From NCBI GenBank assembly GCA_001662655.1, contig KV460280.1: a stretch of 20,000 nt of DNA. One strand, given 5' to 3'. Below are positions 1 through 9,649 of this stretch, piece after piece. How positions within the stretch are numbered: the stretch's first letter is position 1; the number at the start of each line of letters is the position of its first letter. This stretch comes from Pseudogymnoascus verrucosus. Lineage: Eukaryota. The notes under the pieces were generated by a model, which was not told the DNA's origin, did no database searches, and was given only the letters and a program-made list of their open reading frames with translations. The position numbers and the translations under genes are program-made.

Positions 1-1669
1 CGATTGTAATTTTGGAGAACTGAGATTGCCCTTCTCCGAATGATAGGATCTCTACAGCGACAAGATACCTTAACAATGGAAGAGTCAGTACTTGCTCGCT
101 GTGTGATATTACCTGATGCAACTCGAGAGATCTTTGATTAGGAAAATACGCAATGGATAAAAAGCTTACGGCAAATAAAGGTCCAATGAGGGCCATATCA
201 ATGCAGAATGTCGGCCTCCCTTCAGTTGATTTCTGGTCAATCTCAACGATATCCTCCGCCAAGGAGACGATTTTGTCAAACATGGAGCAGAAGACGTCCC
301 ACTCCATTTGGTCATCGACCGTCGTTTTAGTGAGCACCACCGCTGTAGACCCAAGCTCCTTGAGGATGTGCAAAACAGCGGTTCCTTTTCGTTTTCTACC
401 CGTTAGATTTTTACCCTGAATGTTTAAGTAGGCATCATATGCTGATGACCATCTCGCTAGAATGCTAGACGATTTCTTCTGCCAGGCCCCAGCCAGGGGA
501 ACTGTGAGCTTCTTACTGAAAGGATCCCATACATCGCTTGTAGAGTGAGACGTTACGTGCCAGTGAGATACGAGCCTTTCTCGGGCCACCGATAAACTAG
601 TGAATATAGCTGGGATCTCTTGTTTCTGTGCGCGATTTTCCATTGATTCAAGCTCGGCAACCATCTACTCCAGTTAACAAAATGAACCTGCGCAAGTTGG
701 AAGCTAGAAGCCATACCTGCGATACTTGAAAGTCAAGACGCACGAACATCTCTTCTAGCATTCCTATGGATATATATGGTATTTTGGATGCTTTAAGGGA
801 ATCATGTTGATGTTGACGGGTTTCCTCGTTGTACTTAACCTCGCATAAGATCTTTATGCCGCTTTGGACGTGTGTGATGGCGGAGCCGTATCTGCTTTGC
901 ATTGTCTATCAATGAGCAGGAGTATAGTTTAGACATGAGATGGACTCACCTCGAGGCATGCAAACAGGACAGAACATATCAGATACACGTCGATTGCTTG
1001 CTGGCCTTCATGGGGGAGTGGTCCAAGGAGGGTGTTAATTGCCTGACTATAATTCTTCGAAGCGAAGTTATCCGTCCATCCATTAGTGTAACTTTGCTGA
1101 ATTAAGCCATTGTCTTGCTCAGACTTTGCGTGCAATGACCCTAGAGCCAGGACTGCATGTCGGATTGACGTTTCGTGAAGTGCCGCTTGGAGTAGGATCC
1201 GCTCCCAGAAATCATCTCCGAAGAACCCGGACAACTGGAGCGCGGTTTTTTGTTGAAAGAAGTAGAACGACCTGCGTTCTTTCTCGGTTCCAAGAAGTCC
1301 AACAGACAGCGAGGGGCTCAATGCGCTCAATGCGCCTATGGGCGCAGTAGAATGGTATGGAGGTGCTTCCGAGTTTGATTCGTAGCCATCACATTTTCTA
1401 CCCGTAGAAACACATGGATGGCAACAAGGCTTTGCTTCATCGCACTTCACTCGCCGTACTAGCCACGGATTAGTTTCGGCCCAATAGTTCAACATCTGTC
1501 GCTAAATCTCACCCCTGCCATATTGTTAGCAAACCACGACACCAACCTAGCCATCTGAGAATGATGGACAGCGACAATTTTATAGGCGTACAGACTTGCA
1601 TGTATGGCACCCAGTTCGGGTTTTAGGTCGATAGGCCCGCTTTCTCTGGCCTGGAGCAACACGGGGCAT
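1..1669 (-). CDS. Zn2Cys6 transcription factor, 3' end beyond the left edge of the window
   Basis: ATG at 1669 gives MPRVAPGQRKRAYRPKTRTGCHTCK, which splices to VRRVKCDEAKPCCHPCVSTGRKCDGY (six-Cys cluster). Inferred exons: 1669-1596, 1514-1513 (2 nt), 1458-950, 905-717, 664-170, 68-<1, all GT..AG. Later motifs FWERILLQA..IRHAVLALGSLH and CRDPIIRRRAI are typical of this fungal TF subfamily. Confidence 0.9.
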
Positions 1670-1938
1670 ATTGCCAAAGGTTTCTGGCGGTGTAGTTGTG
1701 GGACATCCACAATTTCGGGCGAACGGGGAGGCTATGTGGCATGAGTTGCGTTAATTTGCGTTACGTTAAGGTAATATAGCGATTAACTTGTTCTAAAAAA
1801 GGAAATCAAGATAAGGTTTGAGATGTTAAGACGTTGAAGGCAATTCAAACTTAATGATCTATGTTGCAGCCAATTAGGCCCATCCATAGTGCGCGGCTTC
1901 CAGAGAGGTGAGGCTAGTGTTCCGTTGCCGGCACTAAT

Positions 1939-1974
1939 CTATCCCCGAACCTATCCCCGAAACCTATCTCCGAA
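1939..1974. promoter_or_regulatory. Three direct copies of CTATC(C/T)CCGAA in the divergent TF/AKR promoter
   Basis: CTATCCCCGAA at 1939 and 1951, CTATCTCCGAA at 1964. Each copy has a CCG triplet, the Zn2Cys6 half-site type. The regulatory role is inferred. Confidence 0.4.
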
Positions 1975-2636
1975 CAGTACCGCCCCGCCGAAAGACATGG
2001 TAGCCAGATCTCTCGCACACCACCAAAGGCACACATAATTCATTCCATGGCTGTATATTGGATGTGGGGAGGATATCAAACGGGGCAGTGCAGGCCGTAC
2101 AAGCGGCTTAACTAGTCATGTCTTTGTAAGAACACCGACTTATCCCCACCTACCTACCGCCCAAGTCTTGTCATTTATGAAAGTACACTCTCATATCAAC
2201 ACACCCACCAAAGCCGTTCTTAACAACAACTGAATTCTTATTTGTAGCCCCGAGTACAGACGTAGTACGCCTCGATAAGTATATTTGATGGGTTAGGCCG
2301 AGAATACTAGGGCGTGTACGGCCCCTATTAATGTGGTTCTGCCGCAAAACCACATGCAATCGTCACACTCTCGCATTAGCTTCAATAATGTAGCTATGGT
2401 GACGTCTAAAATGTGGGCAAACCTATGTTACATGGTAGACTAGCCATCCATAGAATCTCAAAGCCACTGACAAACCTGAATGGAAGTGTTCAACGCTAGC
2501 ATATTTGCCTCACAATTCATCAACAGCAGAGCAAATATAAATATCAGGAGAATCCCCGTTGCTATGAACCACAAATAATTCTGGCAGCCATAACATTTTA
2601 GTCTCATACATTTACACGGCCTTCTCACAAGCAAAC

Positions 2637-3922
2637 ATGGCTAAATCACTCCCATTTGGCGACATCCAAGTCCCAATTCCCGGATTTGGTGCTATGGGTC
2701 TAAGTTCTGCTATGGGAACTAATCTCAGCTTAGAAGAGGCCGAGCCAGTTCTTCAGAAAGCGATCGAGCTAGGTTGTACGTTCTGGGACACCGCGGTAAG
2801 TCGAACAAAAGAGCTAGACGAGTCCAATGAGTTGGATTTTTGACTGAGTGTTCTGATCTAGGTTGTTTACCGAAATGGTGTCAATGAGAAATTGCTTGGA
2901 GACTTCATTAAGAAGCACAACGTCCGTGACAAAGTCTTTGGTAATTATTCGCAACTTCCGTTCATAAATGCATCATATGGTAGCTGACAGGTTGTTGTTG
3001 CCTAGTTGCATCTAAATGTGGATTTTCTGTCTTCGATTCTACACCTAGTGTCACCAACTCGGCGGCACATATCAAGGAATACATCGAGGGCACAATCGAC
3101 AGGCTTGGGTTTACTCCAGACCTTTATTATCTTCACAGAATCGACCCAAGTGAGTCGAAGCTTCTGGAGAAGTTTAGTCTACAGGTTCATCGATGTTAAT
3201 GTGCATCTTAGATACTCCGCTGGAGGAATCCATCACAGCCCTAGATGAACTTCGCCGTGCAGGCAAAACAAAATACATTGGCCTCTCCGAATGTTCTGCA
3301 GCGACTCTGCGTAAAGCCAACTCTAGTATGTTTCTTGAAATTCCCATACTCCGTCAAATGCTAAAGGGCCTTCACAGTTGCAAAGATAGATGCCGTTCAA
3401 GCCGAGTACTCGGCCTTCGAGACGCTACATGAAACGAACGGACTTATCGAAACCGCCAAAGAATTAGGCGTGGCCTTCGTGGCTTTCAGCCCTCTCGGAC
3501 ATGGTTTTCTTGTGGATGACTTCCAGTATAAATCGCCTGATGATTTCGCACCTGATGACTTCCGCCGAACTGGTGAGTAATGAATGATATTATGGCAACT
3601 ACTTTTGTCACTAATATCGGACACAGTACCTAAATTTCAGGGGGAGAATTTCTACAAAAATAAGGCGATCGTGGATCAAATGAAGCAGCTAGCAGCCAGG
3701 AAAAAGTGCACAGTCGCACAAATTGCGCTTGCTTGGGTCGCCGCCCAGGGCATGATTTCCATTCCCGGAACGACGAGGGCTGACAGGCTGGAGGAGAATT
3801 GGGCATCTCGGAGTGTTGTGCTGACAGAGGACGAGAAGGTAGAAATGCGAAAGATCGTCGACGATGCTAAGCCTTCTGGGGAGAGGTTCTCTGCCCTATA
3901 TGAGTCTATGGTGGGCCATTGA
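2637..3922 (+). CDS. Aldo-keto reductase (YakC/AKR13-like)
   Basis: Exons 2637-2795, 2862-2940, 3006-3149, 3212-3325, 3378-3572, 3627-3922 join in frame. Motifs: [55 protein letters not shown]. The Asp/Tyr/Lys/His tetrad is present. TATAAA lies at 2536-2541. Confidence 0.93.
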
Positions 3923-4182
3923 TTTGGCTGCTGGTGAGGTGGGGTTCTTTTAGTCTCCTTCCTTATATTTAAATAGTGGAAGATGTTGAAACATAGCTAT
4001 ATCTGCACTTTAAGACGTAGTACAACGTCTCATGATATGGGTGACGCATCATAGGTCGCAAAGCAATTTATTCGCATTTGAAAGTCGGCAATATGTTAAA
4101 CAGTAGTGAGATTGAGTGACTTTGCTTATCTAATTACATTGTAGTTATTAGTTCACGAACCGTGTAGATATCCTAGCCGCCA

Positions 4183-4342
4183 TCGCACTTTGAAGAATCC
4201 GCCATAATCCATCCAGAGGACGTGAAGACACCAACCGGGTCAATATCCGTATGAATCGCGAACAATCGTTGCATGTTTCCTTCACCATAGCCTGAAAGAC
4301 GTCCAGTCCCTTGTTCGCATAGTTGATATATATGTACGGATG
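4183..4342 (-). pseudogene. C-terminal remnant of an FAD-linked oxidoreductase (BBE/VAO-type)
   Basis: Minus strand reads HPYIYINYANKGLDVF, a frameshift near 4294, then GYGEGNMQRLFAIHTDIDPVGVFTSSG, further shifts and GFFKV. This matches the YxNY..GYG..N..L..DPxGVF C-terminal signature also seen at 9200-9356. Confidence 0.75.
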
Positions 4343-4659
4343 TGGTCGAGAACACTCACACCATACTCACACCATACAATACTATATTAGGCCCCACTAT
4401 ATTATGGTCTTAACGCGCTTACGTGATGGGGATTAGTTCGGATGTAGCGTGATGACACCTGCATTTACACTATCCTAGTAACCCCGCCTATCCCACGGGT
4501 CAATTCGGCGGAGTTCCCATGGTGCTGCGGGTTCCTTAATGTGGGGCATCAATAAAACTTTCATTTGGGGGGTACTTATGCAGCTGTCATCGTCTCACAT
4601 TTAGGTCTTCATGAATCTCATTGCTTCGATACGAATTCCATCTATTCTCTGCTTACGCA

Positions 4660-5621
4660 ATGAATGGACAGAGCCACTCCCATTTCCCTTTGAATAGCAA
4701 CATTTGGGTCAATGACACAGAGAACTGGCTAGGAGTGGCAGATAGTCATGAGCGGAGGAAGATCCAAAACCGTCGTAATCAGCGGGCATTCCGTGAGGGG
4801 ACCAACTTAAAAATCCAACCAGGACTAACTATCTGACAGGGGCGAAGAAGCGGGTAGCATCTCAGAACGCTAACAGCGAGGGGACCACCACTGCTAACAG
4901 GCAGCTTGTGCCAGCGCTAGGTGGCCAAATATGGCTTCCAGGCTCCAAGGTGCAATTACATGAGACCCAAGGAGTCGATATCACCGAAGCTACTATACAA
5001 ATTATCAATCTCGTCAAAATTCTCAAGCCTAACTGGGAGGGCAATCGGTTGTTTATGCAGCGTTTCGAGGATTTTGCAACTCACAGCTATACAGCCCGCA
5101 TCATGACGCTCAGCATTCCTCCAAGCCTGTCTCAATTCAACTTTGTGAAAGCTATGTTCGCAAACATAGGGGTATTAGGACTATCTGATGAGGAAATGGA
5201 TGACGAAGCCCTGTCGCCGTTCAACAGACTCCTTGGCCCATTCCCACTACAACCCGATCTTACAATGGCAAGATTTTCACATCTCCCCACCGGACTTCAG
5301 CCAACCGGCCTACAAAGCTCGGCTCCTCATCATCCATGGATTGATCTTCTTCCTATGCCAGAGATGCGAGACAACATTTTCCGCCAAGGGGTTGACTCTT
5401 TTGTCGAGGAGGAGCTGTGCCATGCCATGCGCGGACAGGCCCCCGATCTCAATCCGGGACTGCTGGTCTGGCGCGACCCTTGGGATCCGACGGGTTGGGA
5501 GGTTACGGAAGAGTTTATCAGGTCTTGGGGTTGGGTCATCGCAGGCTGTGCTGATCTGCTGCATTCGACTAACACTTGGCGTGCGCGACGGGGTGAAAAG
5601 CCCTTGTTTCGTTCATCGTAA
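4660..5621 (+). CDS. bZIP-like basic region plus DUF3425 domain protein (putative transcription factor)
   Basis: Exons 4660-4792 and 4840-5621. N-terminal ENWLGVADSHERRKIQNRRNQRAFR basic region. C-terminal PHHPWIDLLPMPEMRDN..LLVWRDPWDPTGWEVTEEFIRSWGW..TNTWRARRGEKPL is the DUF3425 pattern. Confidence 0.88.
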
Positions 5622-5897
5622 TGAATTGTTATTTTTTCTGATTAAAACAAAAACGATACCCAGTCTCAGCCATTTCACCATGATTCTTCCTGATCTTCTC
5701 GTCTATTTATACTTTCCTAGGTGGTAGCCTAACGAATCTGCGTACTTGAAATGAAAGCAGTCCAGGTTTTGAACCTTCAGCACAAGTCCCGGCTTTGTAT
5801 AACTGGCGGTGTTATTAGAACTCAAATTCTGCGTAGGCAACTCGCTTTTAATTATTATTATCTCTTTAATAAGTAATAATACGCAACGAAAAAGCAT

Positions 5898-7003
5898 TCA
5901 CAGCTTAGAATCAGCTTGTCTAGCCCCCTTAGGCTTTAGGTCAACATTCACCTCTGTCCACCACGGATAAGCTCGCGGGGCATCATTCTCCACCTCATCG
6001 ATAAATTTCGGCTTCTCCTTCTTAAAAAACGCCCGTTTCGACTCTAGGTGATCACTAGCACAGTAAGTCAGGGAGGCCTTCTTCCTATATATCCGGCGAC
6101 GGCGCAAGAAACAAAAACGCAAACTCACCGTCCCCCAAACATATCAAACAAAATCGGGCTATCCACCAAGTGTGCCTCCTCCGCTGTCCCGGCGCCCCGC
6201 CATATCAGTTGCCGATTCAGGTACGCGGCCATCAGGCTGACCTCCTTGGTGATCTCGCATGCCAGTTCTAATGCGCGCGGCAGCACATCCTCTGGCTCCG
6301 CGAGCACCTCGGCGAAAATCCCGTCGAGGACCTTGGAGTCCGCGTGGTACGTCTTACCTGTGGTGAGCAGGTAGGTTGCGTTGCTGTGGCCGACCATGCG
6401 AGGCAGGAAGAAAGAGCTCGCAGATTCCATTGTGAGGCCGATGCGAGAGAAGGGGAAGCCGAAGACGGATTTCGAGGACGCGATTCTGTTGTGTCTCAGT
6501 AATTATACTCGGCTACTTCAGTGAGTGCAAGGAGAGAGCTAGTGCATGGAGATGAATGAAGCGCACCTAATTCCCGCAGCAAGGGTAGATGTCATCCCTA
6601 TGCCTACTGATAGCCCGTTGTATGCCACAATGATCGTCTTCCGGCAGTTATACATAGCTAATGCTAGCCTCCCACCAATATCCCGCAGGTCGGCGACAGG
6701 CATCTGCTTCCCGGCTGTCGCATCAAGGTTTAGATCGATGCCGCTGCAGAACGCCTTGCCGGCGCCCGTCAGAACGACGCACTTCACGCGGCTGTCGACG
6801 TCAATTTGCTGGAGGACCATCAGGAGGCCTTCGATCATCGGGACGGTCATGGCGTTGTACTTCTTAGGGCGGTTCAGGGTGACGATTAAGATTGCCGTAA
6901 CACCTGGGGCGGACACAGGGTGGTTAGTGATTAGCAGATCGCTGTCACAGGGGGTCATGTATGACTTTGGGACCTGGATGGTCTTTGCTTCGATGGTAGG
7001 CAT
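5898..7003 (-). CDS. Enoyl-CoA hydratase/isomerase (crotonase fold), peroxisomal (PTS1 SKL)
   Basis: Exons 7003-6567, 6485-6129, 6054-5898. Motifs: VTLNRPKKYNAMT, VVLTGAGKAFCSGIDL, NGLSVGIG, FGFPFSRIGLTMESASSFFLPRMVG. The protein ends ...QADSKL*. Confidence 0.92.
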
Positions 7004-7163
7004 AGTGAGGGTTGCGAGGTGCAGCGGATATGATATGCTCTGAATCAGTACTGATTTGTGTGCAGTCTAGAAGTAAGTGTATTGATTTGTATCTCATTAG
7101 CAGTACAGGATTTGTTTTTTATTTATATAACTATCTACTACGTTAGAGTTCTTTGAGAGCTCT

Positions 7164-7169
7164 CCGAGG
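7164..7169. promoter_or_regulatory. Candidate FarA/FarB-type site (CCGAGG = CCTCGG) upstream of the peroxisomal crotonase gene
   Basis: CCGAGG lies ~160 bp upstream of the ATG at 7003. CCTCGG is the known Aspergillus FarA/FarB element for beta-oxidation and peroxisome genes. A hexamer can also occur by chance. Confidence 0.45.
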
Positions 7170-7758
7170 TATGGCTCTCATAAACTGATAAGTAATCATC
7201 AAAAGACCGAGAACCCCGCATTTTATACCCTGTTACCCGCAGCCACCCACTATTTTGCTTCCTAACCGCTCATCCACTACCCTTCCACTAGCGAGAAATG
7301 TTTTACATGCGTTGTTCGCCCGGTCATTGTTGATTTGAGGCTGAATATCAGGTCTCCTCTAACAGCGAGGGGACTAAGCTCTATTGTGCAGTGCTTGGAT
7401 ATTCATTTCGGCGTGCTTCATCTCAGCACTTGTCATTTACATCATATTTCTAGTCGTCTATCGTCGCTAGTTCCATCCACTTGCTAAAGCCCCAGAACCA
7501 TTTTAGGCCTGCATGACACATTTCTACATTGTGAAATGTAATCTATTCAGCGAGAGAGGCCAGTTTTATCTTCAAGTCGACAACTACAAGCCCACTTTTG
7601 GTTCTGACTTCTCTACGATGACCCCAGAATTCACAACTAGAGGATGGGTATGATAGGCTTTTCCGTTCTTGCTTCTACTATCAGATTTGATGACATTACT
7701 ATTGGCAAAGGGTATTAACAGAGCTCTGTGCGAGATTTTGCTGTTGAGGGAGGTGAGT

Positions 7759-7787
7759 AGTCCGGTCTGAGAATTTGAGACCGGACT
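7759..7787. repeat. Perfect 10-bp inverted repeat AGTCCGGTCT-N9-AGACCGGACT
   Basis: Arms at 7759-7768 and 7778-7787, followed by related GGTCTGGTCT and CAGTCCAG motifs up to ~7834. Confidence 0.7.
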
Positions 7788-7835
7788 GGCCCATGGTCTG
7801 GTCTAGGGTCGATCAACCGATGGGGTCAGTCCAGC

Positions 7836-7943
7836 CTACCTCTGCGGCCGAGAGTGTACTCCGATGAGCTGCGCCAGGATAAAGTAGATGGTTGGGGGAA
7901 TGGGAACCCTCGTCCCCTCGAAGATTTTTGAAGCCCTATGCTA
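7836..7943 (-). repeat. Diverged partial duplicate of 11835-11941 (inside the second Zn2Cys6 TF)
   Basis: Manual alignment gives 14 mismatches and one gap over 108 columns (~86% identity), same orientation. Confidence 0.9.
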
Positions 7944-7963
7944 GCCCCGGATAAAAGCTTTAA

Positions 7964-8272
7964 TTAGGATATTTGGATCGTCCTCGTGACGTGGACTCCG
8001 TCCATGTTCCGAGCGGCCCCTATAATGCTTTCCTAGGAACTACCGTCCACGACGTTCTTCATCCGCCTCAAGCTCCCCACGCTAACATTCGCCACATACC
8101 TCCCCTCTCTATGCCCGTCCGCCGGCGCGGCCTGCTCTCCCCGCCCCATCGGCGTCATTAAGACCCCGCCGTCGTCGCCATCGGCCTTGCGCCGTGAGCT
8201 GGACCCCATCTGCCCATACCCCGCCGAGTTGCTGTTAGCGGCCTTTCGGTCGCGCGAGTCGTTGATCTTGTT
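7964..8272 (-). pseudogene. 3' remnant of a gene, resembling the cytoplasmic tail of a PTH11-like integral membrane protein
   Basis: GC-rich frame NKINDSRDRKAANSNSAGYGQMGSSSRR...VDGSS*ESIIGAARNMDGVHVTRTIQIS*, with one internal TAG (8035-8033) and a terminal TAA (7966-7964). The family guess rests on the S-x-E-x-I ... V-x-V-T-x-T-I tail pattern only. Confidence 0.5.
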
Positions 8273-8274
8273 TC

Positions 8275-9356
8275 TACCTCGAGCCTTACAATCTCACTGT
8301 CATCGGTGGGCGCGACTCTTCCGTTGGCGACGGCGGCCTGACATTAGGCGGCGGCATCTCCTCCTTCTCCGCGCGCTATGGCTTGGCCTACGACAACGTG
8401 AATAACTTCCAAGTCGTCTTTGCCGACGGCTCCATCCACAACGTGAACCTGAAGACATATCCGGACCTATTCCAGGCACTCAAGGGTGGTGGCAATAACT
8501 TTGGCATCGTGACGCGCTTCGACCTCGCCACGTATGCCCAGGGCGACATGTGGGGTGGGCTGGTCCAGTACACAGAGAATAACCTAGAGACCTTCGTCGA
8601 CGCGCTATCGCACTTCGGCGACCGCCAAGTCGAGGATCCAGATTGCGCGGCGATTGTGTCGTTAATCTACTACCAAGCATACGGTATTAACATCGTCAAC
8701 CTGAACCTGGAGGGCGCAAAGCCAGTCGTTAACCCAGCTCTTCTCAAGGATTTCACCGACGTGCCCTCGCCAATGAAGTCCACCATGCGCGTTACCACCC
8801 TCTCAAATATCACCGACGAGATGGTGAAGGGTACGCCCGCCCGCTTTAGGGAGCAGTTCCGCACCATGACATCAAGAACAGCCCCTCGCTGATGCTCGAG
8901 TTCGCCGAGCTCTTCAAGACGCAGATCACTGCCGTCAAGGCCGTCAAGGCCGTCAAGGCCGTCACGGCCGTCAAGGGCGTCTTCCCCGTCATCAGTTTCC
9001 AGGTCATCTCCCCGGCGACCATCGCGCAGTTCGCCAAGAACGGCGGCAACCCCTTCGGCATCACCGCCGACGATGGCACGCTCATTCTCATGTCCACCTC
9101 TAATCGCTGGTCCGACGCCGCCGACGACGCCGCCATGTACGCCATGGCGGACAACTTCATCGCCGCCGCCACGGCGACGGCGACGGCACAGGGGCTGCTG
9201 CATCCGTACATCTACATGAACTATGCGGATGCGTCCCAGGACGTCTTCACCGGCTATGGCGCGGCAAATAAGGCGAAGCTGCTAGCGACGGCAAACAAGT
9301 ACCATTCCTCTGGTGTTTTTAGGAGCCTGCTGTCGGGAGGGCATAAGTTGAAGTAG
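8275..9356 (+). pseudogene. 5'-truncated, frameshifted FAD-linked oxidoreductase (BBE/VAO/6-HDNO-like)
   Basis: Begins abruptly at YLEPYNLTVIGGRDSSVGDGGLTLGGGIS..YGLAYDNV..PDLFQALKGGGNNFGIVTRFDL, with an in-frame TGA just upstream (8263-8265). The N-terminal RSGGH FAD-attachment region is missing. A 1-nt deletion near 8870 separates the two ORFs. Ends HPYIYMNYA..GYG..GVF..GGHKLK*. Confidence 0.88.
8931..8975 (+). repeat. 9-bp tandem repeat GCCGTCA(A/C)G x5 (AVKAVKAVKAVTAVK)
   Basis: Units start at 8931, 8940, 8949, 8958 (variant) and 8967. Confidence 0.95.
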
Positions 9357-9649
9357 ATAGATAAATAGAAGACCATGGCATATAGGTTAGGGTACTTTCA
9401 TACCAGGAGGCCCCAAAAGGTATTCAAAACCTGAAGACCCGATGTAGCCCGCATCTAACATAGGGGTCTAGAGGAATATAAACATCATGTCGAGGCCTGG
9501 TACATCCACAAGAAATGGGAGCTATTTCCCTTCAGTAACAGTACATTCCATACCGCCTTTGCTATTTGCTTCAATGCGTCACAATATTCCCAGGGCGTAT
9601 ACGCCCAAGTGATACCAACCAAACACTAGACGGCTTGGATAAATATATC

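Noticed and set aside
5188..5727. 179-aa overlapping ORF, and similar ones at 6546-7043 and 13988-14392
   Set aside because: These are alternative-frame or antisense shadows of well-supported genes.
8866..8892. Programmed frameshift or intron joining the two FAD-oxidase ORFs
   Set aside because: No slippery heptamer or GT..AG intron is present at the shift, and the gene is 5'-truncated anyway.
8670..9211. Long antisense ORFs (177 aa and 121 aa)
   Set aside because: They are shadows of the GC3-rich oxidoreductase coding strand and have no recognisable motifs.
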